64,000 bases of DNA from Octopus vulgaris. Its lineage: Eukaryota. The translations under genes were made by a program, and so were the position numbers. Positions within the stretch are counted from its first letter, which is position 1. The number at the start of each line of letters is the position of its first letter. The stretch is taken from NCBI GenBank assembly GCA_951406725.2, contig OX597835.1, positions 43,586,001 to 43,650,000 of the forward strand, written 5' to 3'. This document shows positions 22,868 to 35,129 of this stretch, piece by piece. Below the pieces are notes generated by a model that did no database searches, was not told the DNA's origin, and worked only from the letters and a program-made list of their open reading frames with translations.

Positions 22868-24132
22868 TCAGGTCATCCCATAAGTTCTATCCGATTTTAC
22901 CTTTTTTAAATTTTAATGAAATTTAATAGTATTTTGCAATGTCTAATGGAATTAAAAATTATTTTTATGCATTTGTGTACATTTAAACTAATTAAATATT
23001 AATTTACAGAATAATAGAATTAAAATTTCTTTGATTAAAACCCCTTTCTATCATGGAAGTATCCAAAGAGCATTTCAGGCACATAATGCTTTATGAGTAC
23101 AAAAAAGGAAACTCTGCAGCCGAAGCGACACAAAACATACACTCAGTTTATGGGAAAGAATGCTTGAATGAAAGAACTTGCAGAAGATGGTTTGCAAAAT
23201 TCAGAAGTGGAGATTTAAGCCTTCAAGATGAAGATCGAACAGAACGTTCAGTTGAGTTTGATGATAAGGTCCTTGAGGCATTACTTCAAGAAAATCCTGC
23301 ATTATCAGTTGAAGAATTAGCAATAAAGTTTAGTTCAAACCATACAACTATTCATCGTCATCTTCAACAACTTGGAAAGGTTCCTAAACTTGGAAAATGA
23401 GTGCTTCATGAATTGTCCAAAAGCAACCGCAAATCCTGAGTTGACATTTGCTCTTCTCTCCATTCTCACGAACTCATTTCACCCTCTTTGGATAGACTTG
23501 TGACAGGTGGCGTAAAATGGATCTTCTATCGAAATGTTAAACGTCGTAAACAGTTGCTTGGTAAAAGGGAAAAACTCAACCTCAATTGAGATGGGAACTT
23601 CATGGAAAAAAGGTTCTTCTCTCTATCTGATGGGATTGCAAGGGAGTAATTCACTTCGAATTGTTACCACTTAATGCAACAATCAATGCTCAAGTCTACT
23701 GTCAGCAATTAGAGCGTTTGAACCAAGCTTTGAATTAAAAAAAAGAGCCGCTTTAGTGAATTGAAAAGGAGTGATGTTTTACCAGGACAATGCATGACCC
23801 CACACTGCAAAGATCACATCACAGAAGATCGAAGGGCTTGGTTGGAAAAAATTCCTCATCCACCTTATTCTCCCAACCTTGCTCCTTCAGACTACCATTT
23901 GTTTCGTAGTTTACAGAATCATTTGGGGAACATAACTTTCGCAAGCCAGGAGGAGGTCGAAACTGACATTTGAGAGTTTTACATTGATGGGATTAAAAAG
24001 CTTGTAAATAGATGGAAGGAAGTCATAGATAATCAGGGAAAGTACATTGATGATTAAATTTCAATTAAATATAACATTTGATCACTTGTTTTCTTTATTC
24101 AAAATTCGGACAGAACTTATAGGATGACCTGA
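22868..24132 (+). mobile_element. Full-length decayed mariner (DD34D-type) transposon in ZZZ3 intron 5
   Basis: TIRs TCAGGTCATCC.ATAAGTTCT.TCCGA at both ends, TA flanks; transposase MEVSKEHFRHIMLYEY...RRWFAKFRSGD...PHPPYSPNLAPSDYHLF with stops and frameshifts. Confidence 0.95.
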
Positions 24133-25208
24133 TATATACATACATATATATACATACACACACACACATATGAAAGTGCATGGCTTGGTGGTTTGCGTGT
24201 TAGAAGTGGTTGACGTTAGGAAGGGCATCCAGCTGTAGAAGCTATGCCAAATCAGACTGGAGCCTGGTGCAGCTCTGGTCAAACCGTCCAACTTATGCCA
24301 GCATGGACAGTAGACGTTAAATGATGATGATGATGATGATGATTATTATTATTAAGCTGGTTCTGGATATAAATTAATATATTTTAATAGACAGTTAGAC
24401 TTTGCTGTTGTTGTTTGTGCCTTTTCGAGCCATACCTGGCTCATAAGGGCCAGTTTCCTGGTTTCATTAGCATATAGGTTTCCTACCTGGATGGGATGCT
24501 GGTCCATCGCAGGTGAGCTGCAAGATGCAGAAGGAAAGAGTGAGAGAAAGTTGTGGCGAAAGAATCAGCAGAAGTTCACCATTACCTTCTGCTGGAGCCG
24601 CGTGGGGCTTAGGTTTTTTCGCTTATAAACACACACATCACCTGGTCTGAGATTTGAACCTGTGATCCCTTGACAGCGAGTCAGCTGCTGCAACCACTAG
24701 GCCATGTGTCTCCACTAGTTACACTTTAACCCATTAATATTGAAACAAACCATATCCGGTCCAAATATGCTACATGTTTTATGTTTAAACAGGCCATATC
24801 TGGCCTCTCAAACTTACCCTACAATGTCATTCTAAAAATATACATGTTCTCATCAGCGAAATCTCAAAGCTCAGAGATAGGGCAGGATTACATAAAAACA
24901 GAGTGAATAAAAATAGGCATCGCACACGGTTGAGTAGTCTGAAGGACGGAAGCGAGAGATTTTTCTCAGAGAGCCAGGAACAGACTTGAGGCAGGTTGGT
25001 GTGAAAAGGGTTCAGGTTCTCTACTTAGCTGGATTCTCTTCCTTACACTTACTGCTGCTCCTGTCAGATGTACATGGGAATAAAATTGGATGGTCACAAC
25101 TGGATTGTCTTTGATCTGAGATTCATTTGATCAAAGCTGACCTGAGGTTGAAAAATAACGATTACTTAAATTTTCCTATAATTTTCTTTTTATATCTTTT
25201 AATTGCAG

Positions 25209-25370
25209 GATGATGATGACGATGATGACGACGACGATGATGATGATTATGACAATGAGGATGAAGATATCCCTCTGGAATTGAGAGACACAGCAGAATA
25301 CAGGGAACTCGTGAAACTGAAGAACTTGAAAATGTCTCGATTCAACACAGGACAGTGTCCGACATTGAAA
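25209..25370 (+). CDS. ZZZ3: ZZZ3 coding exon 6 (poly-Asp tract)
   Basis: ttgcag acceptor; 13 Asp then YDNEDEDIPLELRDTAEYRELVKLKNLK...TLK; donor GTAAGT. Confidence 0.88.
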
Positions 25371-25380
25371 GTAAGTAAAA

Positions 25381-25773
25381 TACTCTTTTACTCTTTTACT
25401 TGTTTTAGTCATTTTGACTGAGGCCATGCTGGAGCACCGCCTTTAATTGAGCAACTCGACCCTGGGACTTATTCTTTTGTAAGCCCAGTACTTATTCTAT
25501 CGGTCTCTTGCTGAACCGCTAAGTAACGGAGACATAAACACACCAGCATCGGTTGTCAAGCAATGCTAGAGGGACAAACACAAACACACACATACATATA
25601 TATATATGTGATGGGCTTCTTTCAGTTTCCATCAACCAAATCCACTCACAAGGCATTGGTTGGCCCTGGGCTATATTAGAAGACACTTGCCCAAGATGCC
25701 ACGCAGTGGGACTGAACCCAGAACCATGTGGTTGGTAAGCAAGCTACTTACCACACAGCCACTCCTGGGCCTA
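25381..25773 (-). mobile_element. SINE family A, tail about 10 nt from the ZZZ3 exon 6 donor
   Basis: Full-length reverse copy. Confidence 0.9.
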
Positions 25774-28189
25774 TTGTTTTTAATCAATCATGGATTATCT
25801 CATAGCTTTGCAATTTCAATGATGTGATTGTTAAGCTTTAGGATGACATTGTAGATTAGGTGTAAGTGGCCTGATCTGGTCAGTTTGAATGTAAATTAGA
25901 TAAGAATATTTGGGTCAGATATGGCCATAAAGATCATAAAAAGCACCCACTACACTGACGGAGTGGTTGGCGTTAGGAAGGGCATCCAGCCATAGAAACA
26001 CTGCCAGATCAGACTGGGCCTGGTGCAGCCTTCTGGTTTCCCAGACCCGGGTCGAACCGTCCAACCCATGCTAGCATGGAGAAAGGACGTTAAATGATGA
26101 TGGTGATGATGATGATGATGGCCAGTTTGAATGCCAATGGGTTAAATTATTACTATCATTTGGGTTGGTCGATTCATTAGAACAGCTTTTCCGCAGAATG
26201 CTAGGGATCCACGAAAGGTTCCTAGGGGTTCCGCAAGAAAGAGTGAGATAAACTAATGCTAATTCCATGATTGTAATTCTTACTATACCTGCACAAAATA
26301 TTATTGGTTATTGTAATATTGTGACATACTTTTCTACTCTAGGCACAAGGCTTGAAATTTTGGGGGAGGGAGCCAGTTGATTAGGTTGACCCAAGTATGC
26401 AACTGGTACTTAATTTATTGACCCCAAAATGATGAAAGGCAAAGTCAACCTCGGTGGAATTTGAACTCAGAATGTAGCAGTAGCCGAAATATCTATTTCT
26501 TTACTACCCACAAAGAGACTGGTAGAATAAGTACTAGGCTTAAAACGAATAAGTCGATTTGTTTGACTAAAGGCGGTGCTCCAGCATGGCCACAGTCAAA
26601 TGACTGAAACAAGTAAAAGAATGAAAGAATATATGGCAGGCATTGTTTTTTACTTGGGACTCATTGTAAGTCATCAATTATCATCATCAATCTTACCGTG
26701 TAAGGTATGTCCTCCCTCATCACCATAGCAACCATGGACCCCATTGTCATCATGGCAACAAATTTGTGCCTTTACATGCTGCCCCATAAAAAGATTTCTT
26801 TTGTAGTTTTAGTCTGAGGTGGGAGTGAGCAAAGGTTTCCTTCTTGAGTCATGCTGACTCCTAAGGGCCAGTTTCCCAGTTTCCATGGCGTATATATTCC
26901 CCACCTGGATGGGACACTAGTCCCTTGCAGGATTAACTCACTTTTGCCAGTTGAGTGGACTGGAGTAACGTGAAAATGAAGTGTTTTGCTCAAGAACACA
27001 ATGCATTGCCCGGCTCAGGAATTGAAACCACAATCTTTTGATCAGGAGTCCAGCACCCTGACCACTAAGCCATGCTCCTCCACCAGGAGTGAATTCAATT
27101 CCCTTAATGGTTTGAAGGATAAGAGAGGAAATCACCCTCAGCCTGGATCCCAGAATTGAAATCCTTTACACAAAATAAGACTCCCCTGAGAAATGGGAAC
27201 CCATCAGAAGGATCATTTCTGTTCTTCACTGGCTGACTTAACCCTGCTGGTACCAACCTCACTCAGGCTACCCTTGCTTCTGTCTCACTATATTCCTGTT
27301 TTATTGTAGTCTAAATTAAATCCTTCCCTAAAAATGCCTTCAACCTTTCTCTTTCCATTATTTCATTGAAATAAACTGGTTTTGTTTCAGTGAATTTTGA
27401 AAATAAGGAATTTAGGAAAATGCATTTAATTTAAGCAGACCAAGTGCGGATCTGAGTAGAATATGGGAACTGGGTTTTAAGGAAGGATACGAAAATAATA
27501 GGTTTATTAACCCCATAATTCACTCTATAATTGCTCAAGGACATATAGCCTAGTGTTTAAGAGCGTGGGCTACTAACCCCAAGATTCTGGGTTCAATCCC
27601 AGGCAGTGGTTTGGATAATATTTTACATTATTTACATTTGATGGTTATTTGTCCTCATCTTGTTTGTTGTTAACACAAAGTTTCGGCTGATATGCCCTCC
27701 AGCATTTGAGGTCACGCTGTGCAAAAACTAAAAAAAAAAAGTCCAAGGGCATATGGCTTAGTGGTTAAGAGCGCGGGCTATTAACCCCAAGATTCCAGGT
27801 TCAATTCCAAGCACCTGAATAATAATAATAATAATAATTTTGTTTTTGGATTTGGTTTGCAAGATTCTTTATATGAGTTCGTGTGTTGAAGCATATACTG
27901 TTGTGTCTGGGGAGAGTCATTTTCTTTTAGTGCCTTATAATATAACACACTCACCGGTAAAATTTCCACTTATTTCTTATTTTTACTTTCCTAAAATTTT
28001 TGTTGCGTCTTGCAACCTTTTCAATGAAAAAAAATTAAAAATAAGAAATAAGTGGAAATTTTACCGGTGAGTGTGTTAAATAATAAGGCACTAAAAGAGA
28101 ATGACTCTCTCCAGACACAACAGAATAATAATAATAATGATATTGAAAAATACCTTAGGAATGAGAACCCAGGTTTGAAATTTCCCCAA

Positions 28190-28236
28190 GATACCTGATG
28201 AAGGCCTGGAGGGTATATCAGTCGAAATGTTGTGTT
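28190..28236 (+). ncRNA. Minimal type I hammerhead ribozyme motif, copy 1
   Basis: GATAC-CTGATGA-A-GGCCTG..CAGTC-GAA-ATGT-T-GTGTT: stems I and II pair, core intact. Confidence 0.7.
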
Positions 28237-28436
28237 AACAACAAGCAAGATGAGGACAAATATCTGTCAAATGTAAATAATGTTCATAATTCCTCATCTC
28301 TTAAATATAGAACTCATCATCATCATCATCATCATCGTTTAGCGTCCAATAATAATAATAATATCAGCAACAAACCTTAGGAATGAGAACTGTACTCTGT
28401 TAGCCATGTGAAGGGTTGGGTTCAAAATTCCAGCAG

Positions 28437-28482
28437 GACACCTGATGAAGGCTGGAGAATACATCAGTCGAAATGTTGTGGT
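28437..28482 (+). ncRNA. Minimal type I hammerhead ribozyme motif, copy 2
   Basis: GACAC-CTGATGA-A-GGCTG..CAGTC-GAA-ATGT-T-GTGGT. Confidence 0.7.
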
Positions 28483-29273
28483 AACAACAAACAAGGTGAG
28501 GACACCTATCTGCCCATTGCAAATAATGTACCTTAAACTCAAATTTTGAATATAAATCTAATACAAAATTTTGATGCAAAGTTTAATTTAGCTGACTTTG
28601 CTCCTTCATCATTCAGAAGACTTTGTTGAATGTAAGACTAATTTATTCATATTGTTTTGAAATAATCATGCATTATCTCGTGGCTTTGAGATTTTCATGA
28701 GGTGATTGTTTATTTCTATACAGTAATATCTTGACTATCGTGGGTGTTCTGTTCCAAAACCTCCCACAGAAATAATTAAAATCTAAAAAAATATAAATAC
28801 CCATCGGCTGGAGAAACCCACGATATACTGAGGAGTCCGCAGTATAAATTTACATATATGTACTGAGTGCGTGATAGGTGAATTGCGATGTGATTGTTTA
28901 TTTCTATAATGACATTGTAGGGTAGGTGTGAGAGGTCACATATGGTCAGTGTGAACATAAAATAGGGAGAACAGTTGGATTGGATATGACTGGTTTAACG
29001 GCTAAAGGGTTAAAACAGGAAATTTTTTTATCATAGACCCAGGGGCAGGGTCTGGCAGTTTGGTATCAAAAAATATTATGATGACAGTTATATTAGTAAA
29101 TTCTTGTGTAATTTCGAAATTATCTGAAACAGTGTGTTTCAAGAAGAATATGGTAAATAAAGGCTTCATTCATCCGTGGCTCTACACGGACTGTGTCTGC
29201 TTCTGACAGACTCCTCTCCCCAGAATAAGCAATTCTAGTAAAATTCTTTTTGTGGTTCTTCTCTTCTTTCTAG

Positions 29274-29371
29274 TGTATCAACTGTCGCAGGATTCTTACA
29301 AATCGATGGCATTGTATTGATTGCCAGGAGCAGGGCTTATCGATTGATTTGTGTCAAGTTTGTATCGAAAG
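29274..29371 (+). CDS. ZZZ3: ZZZ3 coding exon 7 (ZZ zinc finger)
   Basis: tttctag acceptor; CINCRRILTNRWHCIDCQEQGLSIDLCQVCIE has ZZ Cys spacing; donor AG|GTAAGT. Confidence 0.92.
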
Positions 29372-29525
29372 GTAAGTTCATCATCATCATCATCAAATGT
29401 CTATTGTCCATACTGGCACGGGTTGGACAGCTTGACTAGGGCTGCACCAGACTCAGGTCTGCTGTGGCCTGGTTTCTATGGTTGGATGCACTTCCTAATG
29501 CCAGCCACTTTACAGAAAATGTACT

Positions 29526-29826
29526 GGGTGCTTTTACATGGCGTTGCACGGGCACTTTTACTTGATGTCACATGTGCACTCTTAGGTAATTCCACATGGG
29601 CACTCTTACATGATGCCACATGGGCACCCACACATGATGCCACATGAGGACTTTTACATGGCGTTGCATTGGTGCTTTTACATAATGTCACACGGGCACT
29701 TTTACTTGATACCACGTGGACACTCTTAAGTAATTCCACATGGGAGCGTTTATGTGATGCCACATTAGGACTTTTACATGGAACCACACATGGCACTGCA
29801 TGGGTGCTTTTACGTGGCACTGCCAC
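29526..29826. repeat. 24 bp minisatellite, about 12 degenerate units
   Basis: Consensus close to gggcact(t/c)ttacatgatgccacat, embedded in a family D copy. Confidence 0.85.
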
Positions 29827-30109
29827 AACTGCTTTATGCCACCAGCAGGATCGTCCTTAACACTTCTGCTGTGAAGTTTGGGTCTTCTTGAGTGCAGCAA
29901 GGTGCCAGGTATCTTGGTCTTTTGTCATCTCACCTGAAAGGTTCATCTCCACCACATTAAATCGTAGTTCATGTTCCATGTACTCGTGCTTTTTTGTTGT
30001 ACATGTTTTGTGATGTCCTGTACCCACATATGCATATATGTACATACATATACACACATATAGATGTAAGTATGTACTTATACATACGGGTATATATACA
30101 TATGTACAC

Positions 30110-31043
30110 ACGTGTTTGTTCCCCATCACTGCTTGACCACTGGTGTTGGTGTGTCTACATCCATTTAATTTAGTGTTTGGCAAAAAGAGACCAATCGGCC
30201 AAGTATCAGGTTCAAAAAGAAAACAAATCCTGGGTCGATTAGTTTGACGAAATCTCTTCAAAGTGGCGCTCCAGCATGACCACAGTCTAATGGCAAACAA
30301 GTGAAAGAGACACACACTCACATTGGTCAGCATTGAGGGATTTTCTCTTGACCACTGGTGTGTATTCTTTCATTCTGTTTGTTACTTGACCGTGGCCATG
30401 CTGGAACACCACCTTGAAGGGTTTTAGTGAAACAAATCGATCGCCTGGTACTTATTTTATTGGTCTCTTTTGCCAAACTGCTAAGTTATGGGGATGTAAA
30501 CACACCAACACCGGTTGTCAAGTGGTGATGGGTGTGGGACAATCACACATATATACAATGGGCTTTTTTCCATTTCCATCAGCCAAATCCACTAACAAGG
30601 CCTTCATTGGCCCAAGGTGCCACGCAGAGGGAGTGACCCTAGGACCATGTGGCTGGGAAGCAAGCTTCTTACCACACAGCCACACCTCTTTTACTTGTTT
30701 CAGTCATTTGACTGTGGCTATGCTGGGGCACCACCTTTTTAGTCGAGCAAATCGACCCCAGGACTTATTCTTTGTAAGCCCAGTACTTATTCTATCAGTC
30801 TCTTTTGCCGAACCGCTAAGTTAAGGGGGTGTAAACACACCAGCATCAGTTGTCAAGCAATGCTAGGGGGACAAACACATATATATATACGACAGGCTTC
30901 TTTCAGTTTCCGTCTACCAAATCCACTCAGGGCATTGGTTGGCCCGAGGCTACAGTAGAAGACACTTGCCACGCCATGGGACTGAACCCGGAACCATGTG
31001 ATTGGTAAACAAGCTACTTACCACACAGCCACTCCTGCGCCTA
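30110..31043. mobile_element. Cluster of three SINE A copies (one +, two -) in the last ZZZ3 intron
   Basis: 30110-30310 (+), 30370-30685 (-), 30686-31043 (-). Confidence 0.85.
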
Positions 31044-31178
31044 TATATTTTTTTCATATAAAAAGGTATATTTAAAAAAACAAACTACGTGGCCTATTTA
31101 TTAGATTGTGTGTGTGTCTGTATTGCATGTAATCACAAGAGAAATTTAAAAACAAATACTTCACTTGTTTTCTTCCAG

Positions 31179-31317
31179 TTCTTTTGACCATCCTGTCCAT
31201 CAAGTGAGCCACCGACTGAAACCATTGAACAGCAATCCAAGTTACGTTGACAACGATTACACCAAGTTCTCTGGAGACTATAACTATTTGGATCCAAACT
31301 ATATGCCAGCCAGTTGA
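31179..31317 (+). CDS. ZZZ3: ZZZ3 last coding exon
   Basis: HPVHQVSHRLKPL...GDYNYLDPNYMPAS* matches the ZZZ3 C-terminal YNYLDPNY motif. The eight exons total 1326 nt (441 aa plus stop). Confidence 0.92.
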
Positions 31318-31800
31318 TGATAGCTGAATCAACAGGATCCATCAGAGGTTGTCTTTGTGGATAAGCTGACAAACTGGGCCGGTTGCAGATACGACACAAA
31401 AGCCAACCAGCCTGCTGGGAACAGACTTAACATAAATGGTATTTCTAACCATGACAATCCATCAGATTTTTTTTTTTTTTTAAATTTAATTTTTAGCAGG
31501 TCAAGTGAATGTATAGAGGGTCTCTGTCTCTCATTCTGCAGCCTACTAAAACACAAGGTTTGCATCATAGTTTGGTGTCCTTTTTTTCTTTTCTTTTCTT
31601 TCTTTGTTTTTAATACCAAGTGGAATTTACCTGGTCAGAAATACTTAAAACTTAAGTTTAGTTTAAGAATAACTTTTTCCTTTTTTTTACCTGGAGACCT
31701 TTACAAGGTTTATGAAGGTTACTATTCCTCAGATTAAATCCATAAAAAGAGGAAAAAAAAAACAACAACAAACAAGAGAATTTATCAAATACAAATGATA

Positions 31801-31806
31801 TTTATT
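31801..31806 (-). terminator. Putative OSTC polyadenylation signal AATAAA
   Basis: tttatt on the + strand, about 15 nt after the OSTC stop codon. Confidence 0.6.
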
Positions 31807-31821
31807 CACTTTAAATCTTCA

Positions 31822-31840
31822 CTAAGCCACAAGGTAACCC
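31822..31840 (-). CDS. OSTC: OSTC exon 4 (19 coding nt, PGYLVA*)
   Basis: Pyrimidine tract + tttcag|G GGT TAC CTT GTG GCT TAG; total CDS 450 nt (149 aa), the length typical of OSTC. Confidence 0.9.
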
Positions 31841-33367
31841 CTGAAATGGAAAAGAAAGAACGTTTCAATTAGCAAAAAACATCATTAAATTTTTACTTTT
31901 TCTTTTTTACAGAAACAAATTTAGTCCTGAAGAATCATCATTTAACATCCATTGTTGGATGGTTTGACTGAGGTCTGGAGAGCCAGTGGCTGCACCAGGC
32001 TCCAGTCTGATCTGGCAATGTTTCTACAGCTGGATGCCTTTCTTAATGCCAACCACTCCGTGAGCGTAGTGGGTGCTTTTTACATGCCACCGTCATGAGA
32101 ACCAGTCAGCAGGTACTGACACCGGTCATGTTTGGATGGCGGTTTTTACGTGCCACTGGCACGAGAGCCAGTCAGGAGGTTCTGGCACTGGCCACGTTTA
32201 GATGGCGCTTTTTGCGTGCCACCGGCATGAGAGCCAGTCAGAAGGTTCTGGCACTGTTACGTGCCACCGGCATGAGAGCCAGCCAGGGAGCACAGGCCAC
32301 AGCTACTAGAATATAATTTTGAAGTTAGGATTAGAGAAATACAAACTTGACTGATTTATAGAGGATAAATTAAGAACTGGTGAACATCTGCTGATTTATA
32401 GAGGATAAAATGAAACAGAGGAGAGTAGTGATGAAATCAACAGAAGTAAACAAAAAAATGTCTTTGATTCCACTGTGGAACACAATTCTTGTCCTTGGGT
32501 AGCAACTGCTGTTTCTTTTTTGACAGGAACCATACAAAGTGTGAAAAATGCCTAATATTTCCTTCAAACTTTGCTTTTTTTATATTTATTTAAACCCCAA
32601 AAATCTCTCTCGACACATGGCTATGATGTTACCCAACTGCTCGTGAGCAGAGATGTACATATCATCAGCCACCAAGGGACATGCTCAAGGGGTTAAGGTC
32701 AAGCAAATCTGTGGTATAGAGCAGAATATTTGCTATAATGATATTTCTGAAATTCAGTAACCTCAGCACTGAATCTGTCTGAAATGTTATGGAAAACAGG
32801 TCAGTTTCAAAACATTGATGTCCAGGTCACAAAAGCAAAGTGTGAAGAGAATTTCGCAAATAGGAAATAACACTCGCAGACCAAAGACAAGAAAATTACA
32901 AATTCTGTTCCAGTGTTCTATGCCTGCTCAGTCCCAGCCGAGTTGGGCTAAAGACGAACAACAGCAGCAGTTGAATGTGGTGCAGACTCTAATCAACAGA
33001 GAAGCAAAAGTGGGATTCTTGCCAGAAGAAGGATTGGAGCTTGGTTTTCGTTTTGTATTCAATGAGGCAAACTAGAACAAGAGTTAAGTGCATTGCTCAA
33101 ACGAGAGCAATGAAGTCTCAAGTTTATCATCAATCAACATGTAACGTCCATTTTTTTGTCCATGCTGACCTGGGTTGGACAGCTGGACGGCAACTGGTCA
33201 GGCCAGGGACCACACCAGGTTCCATGGTGTGTTTTGGTTTGGTCTCTACAGCTGGATACTTAACTCTTTCTAATGCAAACCACTTTACAGAGTGTGCTGG
33301 GTGCCTTTTAGATGGCACCAGAACCCACACCAATGCTTTTTAGATGGCACCTTAGTCCTAGCAGGTT

Positions 33368-33610
33368 AAGTTAATTTTTTTTGGCTCAAAAAGCAAAAAG
33401 CAAGGCCATGTAGGGGGACATGGAGTTATGTACAGGGGTGTTCATGCAAAGAGTTCAGGCAATTTCTTGTCAAGAGAGACTTTGAACCGAGCGGTCGTCG
33501 GCATCTTCACTATCTCGTCTGGCAGCTTATTCCACAGATCCGCAACCCGGACGGAGAAAGTCCCTCTCCTTCGATTGAGATGAAATCGTTGCAGATAGAG
33601 CTTTATGACT
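33368..33610 (-). mobile_element. CR1-like LINE 3' end in OSTC intron 3
   Basis: KLYLQRFHLNRRRGTFSVRVADLWNKLPDEIVK...FKVSLDK. Confidence 0.8.
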
Positions 33611-33693
33611 TATGTGCTAATGGTGAGGGGACAGACTACATGGGAGACAGAATTATAAGAACACTGCATCGGTATTGAGGAGGAAATACTTAC

Positions 33694-33911
33694 GGCAGCT
33701 TCATCCTCATAAACACCCAACACATGAAGAACGAGGTTAAAATGGTAAGAAATGATACGGAAAACAGAAGGACTCGGTTGAGGCGGGGCAAACTTGGTTT
33801 GTTGGTTTGGTCAAGGATGACAAAACCCACACCTCCGAGGGTGAACAAGAAGCTGGAAGCCAAACCCTCCATTATGTATTGACCATTTACTCGATACGGC
33901 ATGAAGGCCAC
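33694..33911 (-). CDS. OSTC: OSTC exon 3
   Basis: [27 protein letters not shown]...FMRMKLP; donor CC|GTAAGT. Confidence 0.95.
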
Positions 33912-34808
33912 CTGCAAAAGAAAGAAAAGGCAAAAGTGTTGGACATGTGTCAGTGGTTTAGTGCAGGGATGGACATTTTGTTTTCTGTCAGTTAGTCAGA
34001 CACAGTGACCCCCCCAGCAAAATTCTGGTTGTGTTAAAGTTTTAACCCTAATGGTCAATAGTTTTGTATTTTATAATGTGATGGGTCCAAGCAAGGCCAC
34101 TTAACTCTAACAAATCAACCAAACTCCAAAAGCATCCTGAACATTTTATTCTGTTTACTGAATAATGGTGTTAAAAGTGCTCCAGTACACCACAAGGCCT
34201 TTTTTGGAAGTTTTGTTTTTACACTGCCCCCCCCCCCACAGTGATTTCGGGTTATACATTAGGGCTGAATGCTCTTCCTGTTGCTAACCCTTATCTCTGT
34301 TTCAAGTATGGGATCTTTTAACCGTTTCTTTTTTCTTAATTTCTATGGTCTTTGAAAGTGTAGAGTGATCTGTTTAACAGGGAATGTCAATATCCCCACC
34401 CCCTCAAAACAAAACTCTGCATCTTCAGTTCCAATATCAAGGCCATTCTTCTTCGTGGGTCACCGAAGCCATAAAGAATAAGCTATGGATCTTCATCAGC
34501 AAATGTCAGCACTACATCCTCCAAGACCAAATTTCTCACAGAAGTCTTTGGGATAGAACAAACCAAATTGCCATCAATCCATTATTGATGAGGTGATGCC
34601 TACTTTTAGAATGACATTGTAGGATAGACGTGAGAGGCCCGATCTGGCTGGTCTGAACAAGTAGAATATTTGGGCTGGATATGGTCAGTTTAAATGCTAA
34701 AAGGTTAAGCTACATCTGAGCTATGCAAACGTGAGTTCTCATTGGTGTGTGTGTGTGTGTGTATGTGTGTTTTGTGGTAGGGGGAAAAAAAAAAAACAGG
34801 TCCCTTAC

Positions 34809-34882
34809 CGGTTTTGTGTTTCCTCTTTCATCTGTTGTTGATCCGATACTCGGAGGTTCCACAATGACATCATAAATGATTC
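34809..34882 (-). CDS. OSTC: OSTC exon 2
   Basis: tttcag|GA; [25 protein letters not shown]; donor GTAAGG. Confidence 0.95.
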
Positions 34883-35129
34883 CTGAAAATAACAAGGAAA
34901 ACAAAAAAAAATTAACAATAACTGTTACACAGAGGCCTCTTTCAGTTTCCACCTACCAAATCCATTCACAAGGCAAGAAATTTAGGGCAGTGGTTATTTG
35001 ATTACAATGGCATTTGGAAGGGCAAGCATTTGGCTCTAGAGACCCTGCCAAAATTGAGACATCGGAGCAAGACGTGGTCATCTAATTTATTCAATCTTGT
35101 TGACCTATGTTTTGCAATTTTAGCAAAAC

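Noticed and set aside
27747-27815. Possible tRNA gene
   Set aside because: A/B boxes are present but there is no convincing acceptor stem; the repeated, decayed copies indicate a SINE head.
32745-32770. Alternative OSTC last exon (GGTTACTGA)
   Set aside because: No pyrimidine tract and wrong phase; 31822-31840 gives the expected PGYL end.
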